A stretch of DNA of 64,000 nucleotides from positions 1,782 to 65,781 of the forward strand of contig JAYQWA010000006.1 of assembly GCA_038148755.1 (NCBI GenBank). The letters run 5' to 3'. This DNA is from Gammaproteobacteria bacterium. Its GTDB lineage: Bacteria; Pseudomonadota; Gammaproteobacteria; Pseudomonadales; Pseudohongiellaceae. Position numbers and translations under genes: made by a program. Positions within the stretch are counted from its first letter, which is position 1; each line of letters opens with the position of its first letter. Of the stretch, positions 19,883 through 29,547 are shown one piece after another. The notes under the pieces are model-generated. The model searched no databases, was not told the origin of the DNA, and was given only the letters and a program-made list of their open reading frames with translations.

Positions 19883-20335
19883 TTAAGCTGATTTCAGAAA
19901 ACCTTTTTTAGGCTGCTCATTAATTGCAATACGCCTTGGTTTCATGGTTTCGGGAATTTCCCTTACCAGTTCGATATGTAACAAGCCATTGTTCATCGTT
20001 GCTGAAACAACCTGCACATGGTCTTCCAGCCTGAACTGTCGTTTGAAATCGCGTTCAGCAATACCCTGGTGCAAATAATTACGTTCTACATCACTGTTTT
20101 TTTTGCTCGCTGCGATAGACAGCACATTATCTTCAACCTCAACATTGATCTCATCTTCTTCGAAACCTGCAACTGCCATACTGATACGGTATTTATCTGT
20201 TTCAAGAAGCTCGATATTGTAAGGGGGATAACTGGATTGGGAGCGTTCCGCAGCAGTGACATTATCCAGCAGGTTAGCAAGATGGTCGAAGCCGATAGTT
20301 GAACGATACAAAGGAGAAAAATCAAAAGTTGTCAT
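19883..20335 (-). CDS. ibpA: Small heat-shock protein IbpA (Hsp20/alpha-crystallin)
   Basis: 150 aa. MTTFDFSPLYRSTIGFDHL...YPPYNIE...YRISMAVAGF...YLHQGIAERDFKRQF is close to E. coli IbpA as recalled. Confidence 0.92.
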   Translation of the reverse strand: MTTFDFSPLYRSTIGFDHLANLLDNVTAAERSQSSYPPYNIELLETDKYRISMAVAGFEEDEINVEVEDNVLSIAASKKNSDVERNYLHQGIAERDFKRQFRLEDHVQVVSATMNNGLLHIELVREIPETMKPRRIAINEQPKKGFLKSA

Positions 20336-20340
20336 AGTTA

Positions 20341-20358
20341 TATCCTCGTTAAGCGATA
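20341..20358 (-). promoter_or_regulatory. ROSE-like RNA thermometer hairpin masking the ibpA Shine-Dalgarno sequence
   Basis: The minus strand reads UAUCGCUUAACGAGGAUA-UAACU-AUG. UCGCU matches the ROSE motif U(U/C)GCU. It pairs with the AGGA of the SD, leaving the G bulged (U-A, C-G, G bulge, C-G, U-A, plus the closing UAU/AUA pairs). Confidence 0.45.
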
Positions 20359-20416
20359 ATAAAGTCAGCCTGCTTTTATGTCTGTTCTTAAGAACCAGAC
20401 TATGCAGACATGAAGC

Positions 20417-20692
20417 TCATTGAGCCTTCACAGTCATATAACTATGGTTGATTTTTCTATTTTCAAGTGTTTCATCTATTCCCAGATACTCAAATCGGGG
20501 GACTTGTTTACCATCAAGTTCAATTGCTTCCATAAACATAGAAAGTGGTCTTATCCAATACCCTCCATCACCATAGAGCGGCACATATAAAACCATCAGT
20601 TCTTCTGTTTCTGAATGTCTGGCAAAACCCACAACACTATAATTCTGCCCTTTATAGTGACGATAAAGCCCCAATGGTATTCTTTCTGTCAT
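20417..20692 (-). CDS. DUF1653 domain protein
   Basis: 91 aa. The pattern GLYRHYKGQNYSVVGFARHSETEELMVLY...W.RPL is typical of DUF1653. Confidence 0.7.
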   Translation of the reverse strand: MTERIPLGLYRHYKGQNYSVVGFARHSETEELMVLYVPLYGDGGYWIRPLSMFMEAIELDGKQVPRFEYLGIDETLENRKINHSYMTVKAQ

Positions 20693-20715
20693 TTTTCACC
20701 TTAGTTCTGCATGCT

Positions 20716-20982
20716 TCAATACATTAGCATATGAAACTGCCTGATTTTATTTCTAAATTCTTTTACTTCATCAGGATTCACGGAAGGATCGGGAGTCTTG
20801 TAAACCAGATCAATATACTTGTCAGTTATTTCACCCATCTGTTTAGCCCGGCCGGCTTAATACTGCTAAGCCGGGAAAAATAAGCCAGAGGAGTTTCCCC
20901 TTTAAGCTAATCGAATCTGTTTCTCCTTGCCGTAAACTACCTTACTGATTTCATTTACAGCATCTTCAATTTTATTTAGCAT
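20716..20982 (-). pseudogene. Possible remnant of a MoxR-type AAA ATPase gene (N-terminal 26 codons, stops, then an in-frame 40-codon fragment)
   Basis: Minus-strand ATG 20982 gives MLNKIEDAVNEISKVVYGKEKQIRLA*. This resembles MoxR N-termini (..I..V..EI.KVIVGQE..I.L.L.ALL). No Walker A follows. In frame after three stops: MGEITDKYIDLVYKTPDPSVNPDEVKEFRNKIRQFHMLMY*. Based on recollection only. Confidence 0.25.
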
Positions 20983-21035
20983 AACTACAAATTATTTCAA
21001 TTCTAGACAATGAATCTGGCTGCTAAGCAGATTGT

Positions 21036-22574
21036 TTACTCATCATTATGCAGGCCTACAATCTCTTCTTCCTTGCTATTTGACTGATAGAGTTTTCTTT
21101 CCCGGGCTTTAGTATTTTTAGCGCGGTCATTGCGCATACTCTCCAGTTCTTCCAGGTATTCTTTAGAAACATCATTGGTAACGTATTTACCATTAAACAC
21201 AGAACACTCAAAATCCATTGGCAAGATACTGCCCTCTGCACAAGAAGCAATCAGGTCATCTAGATCCTGAAATATCAGCCAGTCCGCACCAATTAGCTTT
21301 TGTATTTCTTCAACAGTTTTATTATGCGCTATTAATTCACTGACCGCTGGCATATCTATACCATAAACATTCGGATAACGTACAGGAGGGGCAGCAGAAC
21401 AGAAATAAACTTTTTTGGCGCCTGCTTCACGCGCCATTTCAATAATCTGACTACAAGTTGTACCCCTTACGATAGAGTCATCTACCAACAAAACGTTTTT
21501 GTCCTGAAACTCCAATGGTGTCGCATTCAATTTTTGTTTCACTGACTTTTTTCGCTGACTTTGTCCCGGCATGATAAAGGTACGACCAATATATCGATTT
21601 TTTACAAAGCCTTCTCGATATTTCACACCTAATACATTGGCCAATTCTACGGCGGAAGTCCGGCTGGTATCGGGAATAGGAATGACAACATCAATATCAT
21701 GATCCGGTCGCTCCCGGATGATTTTTTCTGCCAGTTTCTCTCCCATACGTAAACGGGATTTATAAACTGAAATACCATCCATTAAAGAATCCGGACGTGC
21801 AAAATAGACGTACTCAAAAACACAAGGCTGGAGACTAACATCATCTGCACATATTTTTGTTTCAAGTTTGCCTGTGTTATCAATATAGACAGCTTCACCA
21901 GGAGCAACATCTCTTATTAATTTGAAGCCTTGGGAATCAAGTGCCACACTTTCGGAGGCGATCATATATTCAACGCCTTTACGCGTGCGTTTCTCGCCAA
22001 AAACCAGCGGTCTGATCCCATGTTTATCCCTGAACCCCACTATGCCGTAACCAACCAGCATGGCAATCGCAGCATAAGCGCCTCGGCAACGCTTATGTAC
22101 TCCGCGAACGGCAGTGAATACATCTTCAGCTGTTGGTTTGATTTTGTTAAGTTGCTGCAACTCATGAGCGAATATATTAAGCAGCACTTCAGAATCGGAG
22201 TCTGTATTCAAATGCCTTAGATCATCCCTGAAAATATCATCACTCAGTTCTTTGGCATTGGTTAAATTTCCGTTATGGGCGAGACTGATTCCATAGGGAG
22301 AGTTTACATACAAGGGCTGTGCTTGGGCAGGACCAGAACTGCCAGCTGTTGGATAGCGAACATGCCCTATCCCCATATTTCCGTTTAAATTCTTCATATG
22401 GCTGGTGCGGAAAACATCACGAACCAGGCCATTATCTTTGCGTAAGTTTAATTTTCCACATTCACTGGTCACGATCCCGGCAGCATCCTGCCCACGGTGC
22501 TGCAGTACTGTCAAGCTGTCATACAAAGTCAAATTAACATTTGATTTACCAACGATGCCGACTAAACCACACAT
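21036..22574 (-). CDS. purF: Amidophosphoribosyltransferase
   Basis: 512 aa. Ntn Cys at MCGLVGIVG, motif [14 protein letters not shown] loop [13 protein letters not shown]. Confidence 0.97.
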   Translation of the reverse strand: MCGLVGIVGKSNVNLTLYDSLTVLQHRGQDAAGIVTSECGKLNLRKDNGLVRDVFRTSHMKNLNGNMGIGHVRYPTAGSSGPAQAQPLYVNSPYGISLAHNGNLTNAKELSDDIFRDDLRHLNTDSDSEVLLNIFAHELQQLNKIKPTAEDVFTAVRGVHKRCRGAYAAIAMLVGYGIVGFRDKHGIRPLVFGEKRTRKGVEYMIASESVALDSQGFKLIRDVAPGEAVYIDNTGKLETKICADDVSLQPCVFEYVYFARPDSLMDGISVYKSRLRMGEKLAEKIIRERPDHDIDVVIPIPDTSRTSAVELANVLGVKYREGFVKNRYIGRTFIMPGQSQRKKSVKQKLNATPLEFQDKNVLLVDDSIVRGTTCSQIIEMAREAGAKKVYFCSAAPPVRYPNVYGIDMPAVSELIAHNKTVEEIQKLIGADWLIFQDLDDLIASCAEGSILPMDFECSVFNGKYVTNDVSKEYLEELESMRNDRAKNTKARERKLYQSNSKEEEIVGLHNDE

Positions 22575-22641
22575 GCCGTACCCCTATTAATAAACATAAC
22601 AATAAATCCTGCTCGTTCTGTTAGCAGAAAATTAATACCCA

Positions 22642-23178
22642 TCAAAGTATCTCCCCCACGCCAGCCTCTGCTGCTACATCAATTATGTTCGACTCAGTCG
22701 TCGGTGGTATTGCTAACTCGTAGTTCGCCAAAATTGCCACATGCTCCAATATAACCATCATATAAGGAACAATGACTGAATCCTGATGCCAGGTACGGCT
22801 AAACTCAAATGGCGTTGTTAAAAATAAAACCAATAATACGATGATCAGACCACGCAATATACCAAACAATGAACCCAGTGCTCTATCGACGCCTCTTAAA
22901 CCAATTGCCGTACTTAGCTTAGACATAAAATTACCCAGCAAGGTGCCAGCAAACATGACCAAAACAAATAAAATGGTTGAAGCCAGAACTCTACGCACCG
23001 TAGCATTATCAAGCATATTGACCATCAAATCTGCCAGAGGGGCACTGAAAAAACCAGCAACGAAAACTGCTGCCACCCATGCAGCTAAAGAAAAAGCTTC
23101 TTTTACCAGACCACGCCAAAGTCCAAGTAACATGGAAATAACTATGACAATAAGAATACTGATATCAGCGACTGTCAC
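22642..23178 (-). CDS. cvpA: Colicin V production membrane protein CvpA
   Basis: 178 aa with four TM helices, LGLWRGLVKE motif. Sits immediately upstream of purF, as in enterobacteria and pseudomonads. Confidence 0.88.
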   Translation of the reverse strand: MTVADISILIVIVISMLLGLWRGLVKEAFSLAAWVAAVFVAGFFSAPLADLMVNMLDNATVRRVLASTILFVLVMFAGTLLGNFMSKLSTAIGLRGVDRALGSLFGILRGLIIVLLVLFLTTPFEFSRTWHQDSVIVPYMMVILEHVAILANYELAIPPTTESNIIDVAAEAGVGEIL

Positions 23179-23205
23179 AGCTTTCCCTTACACTTTCCCC
23201 ATTTT

Positions 23206-23772
23206 CTAATTTTCTCCGATTGAGAAGTCCACAATCAGCGCATCAACATTAAAGTTGGCTGAAAGCTCTGTTCTCAAGTTTTCCGCATCAGAGATTGTCA
23301 GCACAGGGCCTACCAACACGGCAGTAAGCATGCCTTGAGAAGTAGATACGGAATCTGTATATGCCCTGTAACCCTGACTTAATAGCTCCGCAACCAGCGT
23401 CTCAGCATTAGCACTCTCGCCAAAGAGTCCCAGACGAATACTCCAGGCCTGGGGCAGGCCTTCAGCATCCAGCGCCGGTAATTCCTCAGCCTGCTCATTA
23501 GCCTGAACGGCATCAGTATTGTTGACTGCGACTGCATCGACAACTTCCACCGAGTCTTCAGTTTCAACCAGAATTTCGCTGGTATCGCTGAGCACAATAG
23601 GTCTCTGTGGTTCAACCTCCAAGGGCTCAGGAAAGGCAGGAGCGGCAGGAATAACAATATTCATCTCCGGCGGAGAGACCCCTTCTCCGTCCAGTAGAAT
23701 AGGAAGGAATATTATTGCGAGGCAACCAAGCACTATAGCCCCTACCAGTCTTTGTTTCATTGCTTGGTTCAA
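23206..23772 (-). CDS. dedD: SPOR-domain cell-division protein (DedD-like)
   Basis: 188 aa. N-terminal TM helix, acidic linker and a C-terminal SPOR-like repeat (WSIRLGLFGESANAETLVAELLSQGYRAY...). Positioned between folC and cvpA. Confidence 0.7.
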   Translation of the reverse strand: MNQAMKQRLVGAIVLGCLAIIFLPILLDGEGVSPPEMNIVIPAAPAFPEPLEVEPQRPIVLSDTSEILVETEDSVEVVDAVAVNNTDAVQANEQAEELPALDAEGLPQAWSIRLGLFGESANAETLVAELLSQGYRAYTDSVSTSQGMLTAVLVGPVLTISDAENLRTELSANFNVDALIVDFSIGEN

Positions 23773-25025
23773 ATCAACTCCAAAACATCTGCTACAGTAT
23801 AGAACGACCCGGTAACCAGTAACACATCGTCAGACTGCATGTTTTTTTCAGCCTCATGAAACGCTTCTTGCACAGAATCAAACTTGGATACTTTATTCCG
23901 TGCTGAAATTTGCAACTCATTATATAACATATTTGCCTTGGAACCTCTGCTGTTTTCAAGACTGGCAAGATACCAGGAGCCAGCTATTTCCTGCAACGCA
24001 GCCAGGGTTTTTTTGCTGTCTTTATCAGACAGCATAGCAAGTAATATATGTATATTTCTGCCAGGAAAATAATGCCGCATGTTTTCACACAAATAAGCGG
24101 CGGCGTGAGGGTTATGTGCAACATCAAGCACCAGCGAATAAGCCCTTTGCACTATTTGCAAACGCCCTCTCAAAACAGCCTGTTTAAAAGCCTGCTCCAA
24201 CAAAGCTTCTGTGGGCTCAAGATTCAAAAGTAAAAGAGCCTGCAGCGACATTGCAGCGTTTGCAGGATAACAACTCAGTAAAGAAGGCCATGACAGCTTT
24301 ATTTGGTAGGAGCATTGCTCTTTTCTATTATTTAGCCCCTGCCAGTACCAATGACCATCTGTGATATGAGCATTAAAATCTTTACCACTTTGATAAAGTG
24401 TTGTCTCTTTATGATTTATCTGCGCCTCAAGTGATTTTGGCAAATTCTTTTCACCGAAAATTACAGGGCGTCCCTGTCTGAGAATCCCAGCTTTTTCATA
24501 GGCAATTTTTTCGCGGGTATCCCCCAGCCACTGAGTATGATCCAGTGCAATATTAGTAATAACTGCTAAATCAGCATCCACAATATTTACTGCATCCAGG
24601 CGACCACCCAAGCCAACTTCCAGAACCAGATAATCCACCTTACTTTCGGCAAAAATCAGCAGCGCTGCCAGTGTCCCAAATTCAAAATAAGTCAGGCTGA
24701 CTGATTTGCGTGCCTGTTCAATGCGTGCAAATGCCCGGCAGAGGGTCAGGTCTTCAACTTGACTACCATTGATAGTGACTCTTTCGTTATATTTCAGAAT
24801 ATGCGGTGAAGAATAGAGGCCGACTGATTTCCCTGCAGCTAACAATAGATTTGCCAAAAAACAGGAAGTTGTGCCTTTACCATTGGTTCCGCCGATGCTG
24901 ATAACGGTTTTTGAGCTGAAATCCAACTCCAACTCTGCTGCTACCTGGCTCACCCTGCCGAGGCCAAGTTCAATTTCTGTCGGATGCAGAGTTTCAAGAT
25001 ATGAGAGCCAGGCAGATAAATTCAT
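23769..25025 (-). CDS. folC: Bifunctional folylpolyglutamate synthase/dihydrofolate synthase
   Basis: 418 aa. P-loop IGGTNGKGTT, Mur-ligase family motifs LEVGLGGRLDAVN and AHNPHAA. Confidence 0.92.
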   Translation of the reverse strand: MNLSAWLSYLETLHPTEIELGLGRVSQVAAELELDFSSKTVISIGGTNGKGTTSCFLANLLLAAGKSVGLYSSPHILKYNERVTINGSQVEDLTLCRAFARIEQARKSVSLTYFEFGTLAALLIFAESKVDYLVLEVGLGGRLDAVNIVDADLAVITNIALDHTQWLGDTREKIAYEKAGILRQGRPVIFGEKNLPKSLEAQINHKETTLYQSGKDFNAHITDGHWYWQGLNNRKEQCSYQIKLSWPSLLSCYPANAAMSLQALLLLNLEPTEALLEQAFKQAVLRGRLQIVQRAYSLVLDVAHNPHAAAYLCENMRHYFPGRNIHILLAMLSDKDSKKTLAALQEIAGSWYLASLENSRGSKANMLYNELQISARNKVSKFDSVQEAFHEAEKNMQSDDVLLVTGSFYTVADVLELI

Positions 25026-25102
25026 TGTCTGCCGCTCATTTAAAGAAATTGTGGTTAGACCTTGTTACTTTACGCACTAGTCTTCGCCGATATCACTGCC
25101 TA

Positions 25103-25960
25103 CTAGTAATTGTGCATGAATTTTGCGATCAGGGAACTTAATTTATCCCGCATATCCTTACGATGAACAATCATATCAATGGCGCCATGCTCCAGCAGAA
25201 ATTCCGAACGTTGAAAGCCCTCAGGCAAATTTTCACGAACGGTCTGCCTGATGACATCCTGACCGGCAAAACCGATAAGCGCATTCGGTTCAGCTACATT
25301 TATATCACCTAATATCGCCAGGCTGGCTGAGACCCCACCATAAACCGGATCCACTAAAACTGAAATATATAGCAGACCTCGCTGCTTCATTCTCTCCAAA
25401 GCTGCTGATGTTTTTGGCATCTGCATCAAAGAAACCAGGGCTTCCTGCATACGGGCACCACCACTGGTCGCAAAACAAACCAATGGCAGATTTTCTTCCA
25501 GACATTTGTTAACAGCCAGGACAAACTTCTCGCCGACGACTGAGCCCATTGACCCCCCGATAAAACCGAATTCAAAAGCAGTCACCACAACGGGGTGACC
25601 TTTCACTTTGCCCTGCATAACAACCAGAGCATCCTTCTCACCGGTTGCTTTAGTGGCTGCGGCCAGTCGGTCTTTATATTTCTTCAGGTCCTTGAATTTA
25701 AGAATGTCACTAGGTGTAATCTCTTCACCGAGTTCAATCCTAGCCTCAGGATCCAGAAAAATGTCGATACGCCGACGAGCTGATATCCTCAGGTGATGAT
25801 CACACTTGGGACAAATATCATTATTTTCTTCCAAATTGGAACTGTAAAGAACGGCATCACAACGTGGGCATTTTTTCCACAATCCCTCGGGGATGTTCCG
25901 GTTTTTTACTTCTGTATCCGTTTTTATTTTTGAAGGCAGGATTTTATTAATCCAACTCAT
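25103..25960 (-). CDS. accD: Acetyl-CoA carboxylase carboxyltransferase beta subunit
   Basis: 285 aa. N-terminal Zn ribbon CPRCDAVLY...CPKCDHH, followed by [15 protein letters not shown]. Confidence 0.96.
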   Translation of the reverse strand: MSWINKILPSKIKTDTEVKNRNIPEGLWKKCPRCDAVLYSSNLEENNDICPKCDHHLRISARRRIDIFLDPEARIELGEEITPSDILKFKDLKKYKDRLAAATKATGEKDALVVMQGKVKGHPVVVTAFEFGFIGGSMGSVVGEKFVLAVNKCLEENLPLVCFATSGGARMQEALVSLMQMPKTSAALERMKQRGLLYISVLVDPVYGGVSASLAILGDINVAEPNALIGFAGQDVIRQTVRENLPEGFQRSEFLLEHGAIDMIVHRKDMRDKLSSLIAKFMHNY

Positions 25961-25978
25961 ACTTATACCCTTATAAAA

Positions 25979-26794
25979 CTAACTGGGATTCAATGCTCTA
26001 CTCATATCTGCCATCAAAGCGATATGTTCAGACAGCTCTTCATGGCTATAGTCACGCCCATCCTCTAATTCTGCTATAAGGTTAACCAAAGCGCTACCTA
26101 CCACGATGGCATCTGCTATTTCGCCTAGTTTTGCAGCGATGTCAGTATCTTTAATCCCAAAACCGATACCTACGGGCAGTCCACAATAGGATTTAAGGCG
26201 TTCAACATTAGTACGCACTGAATCAATATCCAGGTGTGAAGCTCCCGTCACACCTTTCAGCGATACGTAATAGACATAGCCTGAACTCAGCTTACAAATT
26301 TGTCTGGCTCTTTCTTCATTAGTTGTTGGGGCAACCAGAAAAATACAATCCATCTTGGAAGCATGAATAATCTTTAATAAGTCATGGGCTTCTTCCGGGG
26401 GCATATCTACCACCAGAACTCCGTCAACCCCTGCCAGCTCTGCTTTTTCAACAAACGCCTGATAACCCATGCTTTCTATGGGGTTCAAATATCCCATTAA
26501 TACTATTGGCGTGTCCTGATTTTCCTGTCTGAAACGTTCTATCAAAGCCAGAACATCTTTTAAGCGAGTGTGCTTTGCCAGTGACCTTTCTACAGCTCGT
26601 TGTATCACCGGTCCATCTGATGAGGGGTCAGTGAACGGAAAGCCTAACTCTATAATATCTGCACCGGCTTCGACCAAAGCATGCATAAGCTTCAAACTGA
26701 TTTCCAGATTCGGGTCGCCTGCCGTGAGATATGGAATAAAAGCCTTCTTGCTCTGACTCTTGAGGTGTTTGAAACAATTTTCTATTCTGCTCAT
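25979..26794 (-). CDS. trpA: Tryptophan synthase alpha chain
   Basis: 271 aa. Motifs FIPYLTAGDP, IELGFPFTDPSSDGPVIQ and YYVSLKGVTG. Confidence 0.95.
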   Translation of the reverse strand: MSRIENCFKHLKSQSKKAFIPYLTAGDPNLEISLKLMHALVEAGADIIELGFPFTDPSSDGPVIQRAVERSLAKHTRLKDVLALIERFRQENQDTPIVLMGYLNPIESMGYQAFVEKAELAGVDGVLVVDMPPEEAHDLLKIIHASKMDCIFLVAPTTNEERARQICKLSSGYVYYVSLKGVTGASHLDIDSVRTNVERLKSYCGLPVGIGFGIKDTDIAAKLGEIADAIVVGSALVNLIAELEDGRDYSHEELSEHIALMADMSRALNPS

Positions 26795-26818
26795 GTTATA
26801 GGTAAACCTTAACCGTAA

Positions 26819-28042
26819 TCACACTTCTAGTCCGTCGATTTGAGCGACAGTATTCATATCTTTATCACCTCTACCGGACAGGTTAATGACCATTAAATGA
26901 TTTTCTGGTAAATCCGGTGCAACTTTAATGGCATAGGCAATAGCATGACTTGATTCCAGTGCCGGAATAATACCTTCTTGGCGAGTCAGAAAACGAAAAG
27001 CCTGTAAGGCCTCGTCATCGGTTACTGCTGTATATTCTGCGCGTTTAATATCCTTTAACCAGGCGTGTTCAGGCCCAACACCGGGATAATCAAGCCCGGC
27101 AGAAACTGAATGCGTTTCAAGTATCTGGCCATCTTCATCATTCATCAGATAAGTCCGATTACCGTGCAATATCCCTGGTGCGCCCGTATTGAGTGGTGCT
27201 GCATGCTTTCCCGTACTCAAACCCAAGCCGCCGGCCTCAACTCCAATCATTTTTACAGTTTCATCTTTTAGAAAGGGATGAAACAGACCGATTGCATTTG
27301 AACCACCTCCAACACAGGCAACCAGTGAATCAGGCAGGCGTCCACACTGCTCCAGTGACTGCTGCCTTGTTTCCTTTCCGATAACGCTCTGAAAATCTCT
27401 GACCAACATTGGATAAGGATGTGGTCCGGCAACAGTCCCGATAATGTAGTAGGTGGTATCTACATTGGTTGCCCAATCACGCAAGGCCTCATTCAACGCA
27501 TCCTTAAGTGTTTTTGAGCCGGAATTCACTTCAACGACAGTCGCTCCCAACAATTTCATACGATAAACATTCGCAGCCTGACGTTTGGTGTCTTCCGAGC
27601 CCATAAATACGTGACATTCAAGTCCCAGACGTGCAGCCACAGTCGCAGTCGCTACCCCGTGTTGACCGGCGCCGGTTTCAGCAATAATCCTGGTTTTACC
27701 CATGGCTTTTGCCAGCAAAGCCTGTCCTATTGTATTGTTAACCTTATGCGCACCCGTATGGACAAGATCCTCACGTTTTAAATAGATCTGAGCGCCACCC
27801 AGTGCTTTGGTCATACCTTTGGCATGATAAAGCGGTGAAGGTCTGCCCACATAATGAGCCAGATCGGTGTGAAATTCCTCCCAGAATTTCTCATCCTGCT
27901 TCAGCTTCGCATACATACTGCTCAGCTCTTCAAGGGCTGGCATTAAAGTCTCTCCGACAAAAACCCCCCCATAAATACCAAAGTGGCCATGCTCATCCGG
28001 GCCATTATAGAGTTGTTCATTTCTTAGTTCAGACACACTCAC
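26819..28042 (-). CDS. trpB: Tryptophan synthase beta chain
   Basis: 407 aa. PLP-Lys motif [11 protein letters not shown], plus [12 protein letters not shown] and GGGSNAIG. Confidence 0.97.
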   Translation of the reverse strand: MSVSELRNEQLYNGPDEHGHFGIYGGVFVGETLMPALEELSSMYAKLKQDEKFWEEFHTDLAHYVGRPSPLYHAKGMTKALGGAQIYLKREDLVHTGAHKVNNTIGQALLAKAMGKTRIIAETGAGQHGVATATVAARLGLECHVFMGSEDTKRQAANVYRMKLLGATVVEVNSGSKTLKDALNEALRDWATNVDTTYYIIGTVAGPHPYPMLVRDFQSVIGKETRQQSLEQCGRLPDSLVACVGGGSNAIGLFHPFLKDETVKMIGVEAGGLGLSTGKHAAPLNTGAPGILHGNRTYLMNDEDGQILETHSVSAGLDYPGVGPEHAWLKDIKRAEYTAVTDDEALQAFRFLTRQEGIIPALESSHAIAYAIKVAPDLPENHLMVINLSGRGDKDMNTVAQIDGLEV

Positions 28043-28670
28043 CTCGATTCACTTCATTAACAAAATTTTGAATTTTCTCAGCAGATTTAGTGCCGGGACT
28101 ATCCTCAACCCCCGAACTCACATCAACGGCATAAGGTTTGATTAAATGTACAGCCGAGTGAACATTATCGACATTCAGACCGCCAGCCAGAATAAGCGCG
28201 GGATTATCCTCGGACAAAGTCTCCAGCAAAGTCCAATCAAAACTTTCTCCTGTTCCTCCCGCGATACCCGGATGCCAAGCATCCAGCAAAACAGCAGCAG
28301 CACTTTTATATTGACTGATGATGCCGGGCAAATCCGTTTCGGGCCGAACCCGTATTGCCTTGATGTATGGTTTAGCAAAGCTTGTACAGTAAGACTCTTC
28401 CTCATCACCGTGAAACTGCAGATAATCCAGAGAAACTGCTTCGACAATTTTCTCAACCTCTGCAACACTCGCATCAACAAAAAGTCCGACTTTACTGATA
28501 AAAGCAGGCAAACAAGTCACTATTTCCTTTGCCTGTTGTGCTGAGACGTATCTGGGGCTGGCTTTAAAAAAAACCAGACCAAGCGCATCCACCCCGCAAT
28601 TAGCAGCAACAAGTGCATCTTCAGTTCGTGTGATGCCACAAATTTTAATTCGAGTTCTAGATTTATTCAC
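28029..28670 (-). CDS. trpF: N-(5'-phosphoribosyl)anthranilate isomerase
   Basis: 213 aa. Motifs [15 protein letters not shown] and GTGESFDW. Overlaps trpB by 14 nt. Confidence 0.9.
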   Translation of the reverse strand: MNKSRTRIKICGITRTEDALVAANCGVDALGLVFFKASPRYVSAQQAKEIVTCLPAFISKVGLFVDASVAEVEKIVEAVSLDYLQFHGDEEESYCTSFAKPYIKAIRVRPETDLPGIISQYKSAAAVLLDAWHPGIAGGTGESFDWTLLETLSEDNPALILAGGLNVDNVHSAVHLIKPYAVDVSSGVEDSPGTKSAEKIQNFVNEVNRGECV

Positions 28671-28726
28671 TTATTATGTTACTGGGTGATGCTTGAAACA
28701 AGCCCGTATTTTAGCAAATTTTATCG

Positions 28727-29521
28727 CTAAGAGCTTTTAAAAAATGACAACACCCAGGGCGCTTTTGGTAATTCATACTTATCAGGATATTCAACTTCTA
28801 CCAAATAGAGTCCTTCCGGAGGAGCCGTTATTCCAGCCTGCCGACGATCTTTTTCATTAAGCACAGACTCTATCCACTTAGGCTCACGCAATTCTTGACC
28901 TACTTCCAATAAAGCCCCAACTATATTTCGAACCATATGTAATAAAAAAGCATTAGCTTTAATATCAATCAACACAAAATCCCCAAGCCGACTGACTTTA
29001 AGGTGGCTGACATTCCGCATAGGGCTATTGGATTGACAGCCTGCTCCCCTGAAACTGCTAAAATCCCTTTCTCCCAGAAGATATTGTGCGCCTTCATGCA
29101 TTAATTTCTCATTCAGCTCAAAGAAATGAGTCTTAACTTGGCCTTGTAGTAAAGCTGTAGGAACCTTGTTGTTATAAATCAGATAACAATAACGTCTGCT
29201 TAAGGCAGAAAATCTAGCATGAAAACTCTCATCAACCATTTTTGCCCAGCGCACCACAACAGTATCAGGTAATATGGCATTAGCCCCTCTTACCCAGGCT
29301 TTCAGCGGCCTTTCGCTGTGAGTATCAAAATGAACGATTTGTGCGCTGGCATGCACACCTTTATCTGTACGCCCGGCACAATGAATTTTAACGGGGTGAT
29401 CAGCTATTTTTGCAATAACCGCTTCCAGGACTTCCTGAACGGTAGAAACTGATGCTGATCTTTGGGCCTGCCAGCCATTAAAACCAGTACCCTGATACTC
29501 AATACAAAGTGCTAGTCGGAT
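28727..29521 (-). CDS. truA: tRNA pseudouridine(38-40) synthase TruA; start assigned to the non-canonical ATC at 29521
   Basis: The tracked ORF starts at GTG 29356, which lies inside GRTDKGVHA. The same frame is open up to TGA 29557-29555 and encodes (I)RLALCIEYQGTGFNGWQAQ...CAGRTDKGVHA, the conserved TruA N-terminus and catalytic Asp. There is no ATG, GTG or TTG between 29554 and 29357. Confidence 0.8.
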   Translation of the reverse strand: MRLALCIEYQGTGFNGWQAQRSASVSTVQEVLEAVIAKIADHPVKIHCAGRTDKGVHASAQIVHFDTHSERPLKAWVRGANAILPDTVVVRWAKMVDESFHARFSALSRRYCYLIYNNKVPTALLQGQVKTHFFELNEKLMHEGAQYLLGERDFSSFRGAGCQSNSPMRNVSHLKVSRLGDFVLIDIKANAFLLHMVRNIVGALLEVGQELREPKWIESVLNEKDRRQAGITAPPEGLYLVEVEYPDKYELPKAPWVLSFFKSS

Positions 29522-29547
29522 GGAGGGTGAAGTCCCGGTCTCAGGGC

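Noticed and set aside
20380-20411. Palindrome GTCTGTTCTTAAGAACCAGAC plus flanking ATGTCTG/CAGACAT, considered as a CIRCE/HrcA operator or a sigma32 promoter for ibpA.
   Set aside because: It does not resemble CIRCE (TTAGCACTC-N9-GAGTGCTAA). CTTAAGAA is only a loose match to the sigma32 -35 element, with no CCCCAT-like -10 at the right distance. It may simply be a weak terminator or stem after the DUF1653 gene.
20847-20875. Hairpin CCGGCTTA-atactgc-TAAGCCGG considered as the purF terminator or as a REP-like element.
   Set aside because: The U-run is on the 5' side in the purF orientation and an A-run follows it in the other orientation, so it is not a canonical terminator. No second copy exists in the window to support a repeat family. 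It is kept only as part of the gap finding.
28727-29356. The tracked 209-aa truA ORF starting at GTG 29356, taken as the real gene.
   Set aside because: That start lies inside the catalytic motif GRTDKGVHA. It would remove the catalytic Asp and about 55 conserved, in-frame, open upstream codons. I extended the gene to 29521 instead (see finding).
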